Origin: Elusimicrobiota bacterium
Lineage (GTDB): Bacteria > Elusimicrobiota > Elusimicrobia > UBA1565 > UBA9628
Direction: 5' to 3'
Assembly: GCA_028868375.1 (NCBI GenBank)
Contig: JAGWUP010000003.1
Span: 95,693-159,692, forward strand
Length of the DNA stretch: 64,000 bases
Positions 61,283 through 64,000 of the stretch are shown piece by piece. The position numbers were made by a program, and so were the translations under genes. The stretch's first letter is position 1. Each line of letters opens with the position of its first letter. The notes under the pieces were generated by a model. That model was not told the origin of the DNA. It searched no databases and saw only the letters and a program-made list of their open reading frames with translations.

Positions 61283-62379
61283 CTGGGCCCCCAGGACGCC
61301 AGGGCCGCCGCGCAGACGATCAGCAAGCCCGTCGCCGCCAAGCGCCGTCGCCCCTCGTAGAGCCGCGCGGCGCCGGACTGGGAGATGAGGGCCAGCCGCC
61401 GCAGCTCGCAGGCGCAGGCCAGCGCCCCGGCCAAGAGCAGGGCCATCGCGGCGGCCAGCACTCCCGCCCAGACGCCCAGTCGCTCCATCGCTTGCGGAAG
61501 GGCGGCCGGCAAGGCGGCCAGCGCCGCGGCGGCCCAAAAACGGGACAGAGCCGCCAAGGCGGCGGCCTCCAGCCAAGCGGCCGAGGCGGCCGCCAACCAG
61601 CGGCCGGCGGCCAACGCCGCCGCCAGACCGGCCGCCCATGGCAGCCAAGAGGGCGCCGGCAAAGGGGCTACGGCTCCAAGCAGGGCGGCGGCCATCAGCG
61701 CCAAGGCCCTCCGAAGCGAGAAGCAGCCGGGGCCCAAAGACAACGCCAGCGCCGCCAGCGCGGGCCAGCCCTGGGCCGCCAAGCTCGACCAGGCGCCGGC
61801 CCCCAAGGCGCGCCACAAGCGTTGGGCCCGGCCCGGCAAGGCGTCGGCGACCGCAAAGGAAAAATCGTCTTTCCCCGGAGTCAGCACGAAACGCCGCGGC
61901 CTGCGCCCGGCCACCGAGAGGACGGTGCGAAAATCCATGATCGGCAACAGCGGCTGCCTCGCAACCAGACGCTCCTGCCGGTATTCGCTGAAGAAATCGG
62001 CGCTGCCGGAGATGACGGCGGCCTCCGGAACGGCGGGATAGACCAGGCGCAGATGGAAAGTCCCCTGTTCGTAGACCTGCCAGGGCCGCTGGACGTAGAC
62101 GGCCCGCAGCAGACGCCCCTCCAGGGGCTTGCCGTCGACTTGCAGGCGCAAGTGGGCGTTGACGTAGTTCTGGGCGCTCAACATGGCGTTGCGCGGCCAG
62201 TTGCGGGAGGGCATCGGCTCCAGCCGCACGACCTCCTCGATCCAATAGATCGAATCGCTGGTCACGTCCGCGACGATGCGGTCCGACGCTGCATGCAGAA
62301 CAATGTGAACCGGGCGGATGGGATAATCGTCGGCCCGCGCCGGGCAAACGAGCAGGACGCAAGCCAGCCAAGCGAGCAT
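61279..62379 (-). CDS. Hypothetical protein: exported N-domain plus multi-TM C-terminus
   Basis: Signal peptide, about 190-aa soluble region, Ala/Leu-rich TM segments; ATGA overlap with the ABC ATPase. Confidence 0.6.
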   Translation of the reverse strand: MLAWLACVLLVCPARADDYPIRPVHIVLHAASDRIVADVTSDSIYWIEEVVRLEPMPSRNWPRNAMLSAQNYVNAHLRLQVDGKPLEGRLLRAVYVQRPWQVYEQGTFHLRLVYPAVPEAAVISGSADFFSEYRQERLVARQPLLPIMDFRTVLSVAGRRPRRFVLTPGKDDFSFAVADALPGRAQRLWRALGAGAWSSLAAQGWPALAALALSLGPGCFSLRRALALMAAALLGAVAPLPAPSWLPWAAGLAAALAAGRWLAAASAAWLEAAALAALSRFWAAAALAALPAALPQAMERLGVWAGVLAAAMALLLAGALACACELRRLALISQSGAARLYEGRRRLAATGLLIVCAAALASWGPR

Positions 62380-62431
62380 TGAAGGATTGTGCCACTACTG
62401 CGAGAAGGGCGTCAATCGGAGCGCCGGAGGC

Positions 62432-62460
62432 TTGACAAGGAGACGGACGGGCACTACACT
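62432..62460 (+). promoter_or_regulatory. sigma70 promoter
   Basis: TTGACA-17 bp-TACACT. Confidence 0.75.
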
Positions 62461-62498
62461 GGCGCCCGCTCGCTCAAAATTCCGACACCGGAGGACTT

Positions 62499-63113
62499 GT
62501 GAAAAAAATCTCTCGCTGGATCGGGCTGGCGGCCGCCGCGGCGCTCTTGTCCGCCTGCGCCCACAACATCGTCGTCAAGCAGGACGGGCTGTCGTTCCAG
62601 GATCGGCAGGACGGCATCGCCATGAACGCCGGGCTCTCCCTGGACGAGGCGACCCGCAATTACGTTTATACGGAGCGCCGGCTGGGCGAGACCTACAGCT
62701 TCAACCTCGGCGCGGCCCTGGAGTCCGGCGCCCAGGCGTCCCTGCTCAAGGTCTTCCCCAACCTGAAGATGTCTCCTGACGGCAGCGGCGTCGAGCGCCT
62801 GGTCAAGCTCAAGTTCGGACCGGCGACGAGTTTCCAGCTTGGCGCCACGACCCTGTCCAAGAATCATGCCGCCGTCGAGCTGGACTGCGAGGTCGACGAC
62901 CAGCAAGGCCGGCCGCTGTGGAACGGGCAGGCGATGGGCAGCGCCGATGAATCCGTGGGAGCCATGGGCGCCATGCCCGCCCTGTTCGGCTTCTTCGGGC
63001 AAGGCCCGCTCTACAAGGCCTACGGGCGCGTCTTCAACGACGCTCTCGTCGCCTCCTTGGAGAATCTCAACTCGCAGCTGGCCTCGGCCAGGCCGGCCAT
63101 CGCGGCCCAATAG
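62499..63113 (+). CDS. Hypothetical lipoprotein
   Basis: GGAGG RBS; MKK...LLSAC lipobox. Confidence 0.75.
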   Translation: MKKISRWIGLAAAAALLSACAHNIVVKQDGLSFQDRQDGIAMNAGLSLDEATRNYVYTERRLGETYSFNLGAALESGAQASLLKVFPNLKMSPDGSGVERLVKLKFGPATSFQLGATTLSKNHAAVELDCEVDDQQGRPLWNGQAMGSADESVGAMGAMPALFGFFGQGPLYKAYGRVFNDALVASLENLNSQLASARPAIAAQ

Positions 63114-63115
63114 TG

Positions 63116-63832
63116 ATGCCGCCGGCGCCAGGACTCGGCAGGGCCGGCCTTCTGCTCTTGAGCCTGGCGCTGGCGGCCGTTCCGGCGCGCGCCCGGGATC
63201 AATCCTGGCGGCAGTTCGATCTCTCCGGCCTGCCGGCGAGGCCGACGACCTTCGAGGAGCAGTCCCTGCTCGAGTCGGCCAGAAGCCCGGCCGCCGCCGA
63301 TCGGCGCCAGGCCGCGCGCATCCAGCGCGCCCTGGCCAGCTATTACCGAGCCCACGGCGACGCCGAGCGCTCGCGCGTGGCCGAGGCCAGGGCCGCGGCG
63401 GCGGAACAGGAACAGATGGAACTCCCGCGGCTGAGGCGGGCTGCGGCCAAAAAGCCTCCGCGGGCGCGCCTGGCCGCGCCCGCTGGACGATCCGGCTTCA
63501 GCGGCCGCTTCTACGGCATGTCGGGAAGGACCCTCAACACCTGGGACTTCAACCCCGATGGAACCTTCTACCACGCGACGATCGCCTCGGGGGCGGGGAC
63601 CAGCGTGCGCAACAGCGAGCGCGGCAGCTTCGAGGTTCATGGCGCCTGGATGATCCTGCGCGTCCAGAATACGGCCGGCGGCTTCGTCACGCCGGGAGCC
63701 GGGCGCTCCGTCCAGTTGGGCGGCGCCGCCGCCTCATCCGCCTCGCTCCGCCGCCTGTCCCTGCGCAAGCTGCCGCACGCCTCGGGGGCGATCCTGCTGG
63801 GCGGAGAGCGCCTGAAAGTCAAAAGCTGGTAG
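63116..63832 (+). CDS. Hypothetical exported protein
   Basis: Signal peptide (LLLLSLALAAVPARA); C-terminal WDFNPDGTF...RGSFEV.G beta domain. Confidence 0.6.
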   Translation: MPPAPGLGRAGLLLLSLALAAVPARARDQSWRQFDLSGLPARPTTFEEQSLLESARSPAAADRRQAARIQRALASYYRAHGDAERSRVAEARAAAAEQEQMELPRLRRAAAKKPPRARLAAPAGRSGFSGRFYGMSGRTLNTWDFNPDGTFYHATIASGAGTSVRNSERGSFEVHGAWMILRVQNTAGGFVTPGAGRSVQLGGAAASSASLRRLSLRKLPHASGAILLGGERLKVKSW

Positions 63833-63886
63833 CCCGACCGCCTGGCGGTTTGAAAGCCTTTCCAGGCATGATATAATTTACGCCTC

Positions 63887-64000
63887 ATGATCAGGTCCAT
63901 CATGTCCGGTTGGTGGCCGGCCGGCTACCGCAAGCCGGAGGGCTGGGCCCAGAACCTCAAGCCCTCGGCGCGGTCGCCGCAGAGCGAGGACCGGGCCCCC
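63887..64000 (+). CDS. Possible CDS start, truncated at window end
   Basis: TGATATAAT (63869-63877) then an ATG with an open frame to the window edge. Confidence 0.4.
   Translation, partial: MIRSIMSGWWPAGYRKPEGWAQNLKPSARSPQSEDRAP

Noticed and set aside
63836-63868. Nested hairpin GCCTGG...CCAGGC after the last full CDS
   Set aside because: Short, no U tract and no recognisable riboswitch motif; insufficient support.

Overview
High-GC, gene-dense chromosomal window from a diderm (LPS-producing) bacterium. The pilin leader GFTLIELLVVILIIGILVSIALPQY resembles the expanded pilE-like family of Elusimicrobiota, but that taxonomic call is inference. Contents in order: the 3' end of tgt; a solo type IV pilin and a K+-independent H+-PPase; yajC-secD-secF; and a long LPS/Kdo/Lpt region (DUF374/LpxJ-like, waaA, GT9/GT4/GT2 glycosyltransferases, deacetylase, lpxK, heptose kinase, kdsB-pyrG-kdsA, lptC-lptA-lptB). 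That region is interrupted after waaA by a 217-bp structured MITE-like element and a CPAF-like S41 protease. Next come a small accessory block (DUF3455, a frameshifted HEXXH protein, UbiA-like, TPR), Fur-box-preceded feoAB, an EndoIII-related glycosylase, gamma-CA, nadB and uvrA. Then follow hopanoid-modification genes hpnJ-I-L with a convergent hpnK, and a type IV pilus/T2SS-like operon with unusual parts (OmpA/FlgD-Ig head gene, PilM-PilN fusion, Cys-rich minor pilins, hpnK coupled to its end). The window closes with an O-antigen-ligase/TPR gene, tRNA-Thr(CGT), APC and TauE transporters, a PilGHI-like ABC module and exported hypotheticals. No CRISPR array, rRNA, integrase or transposase was seen. 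All calls come from motif recognition by eye; no database searches were run.
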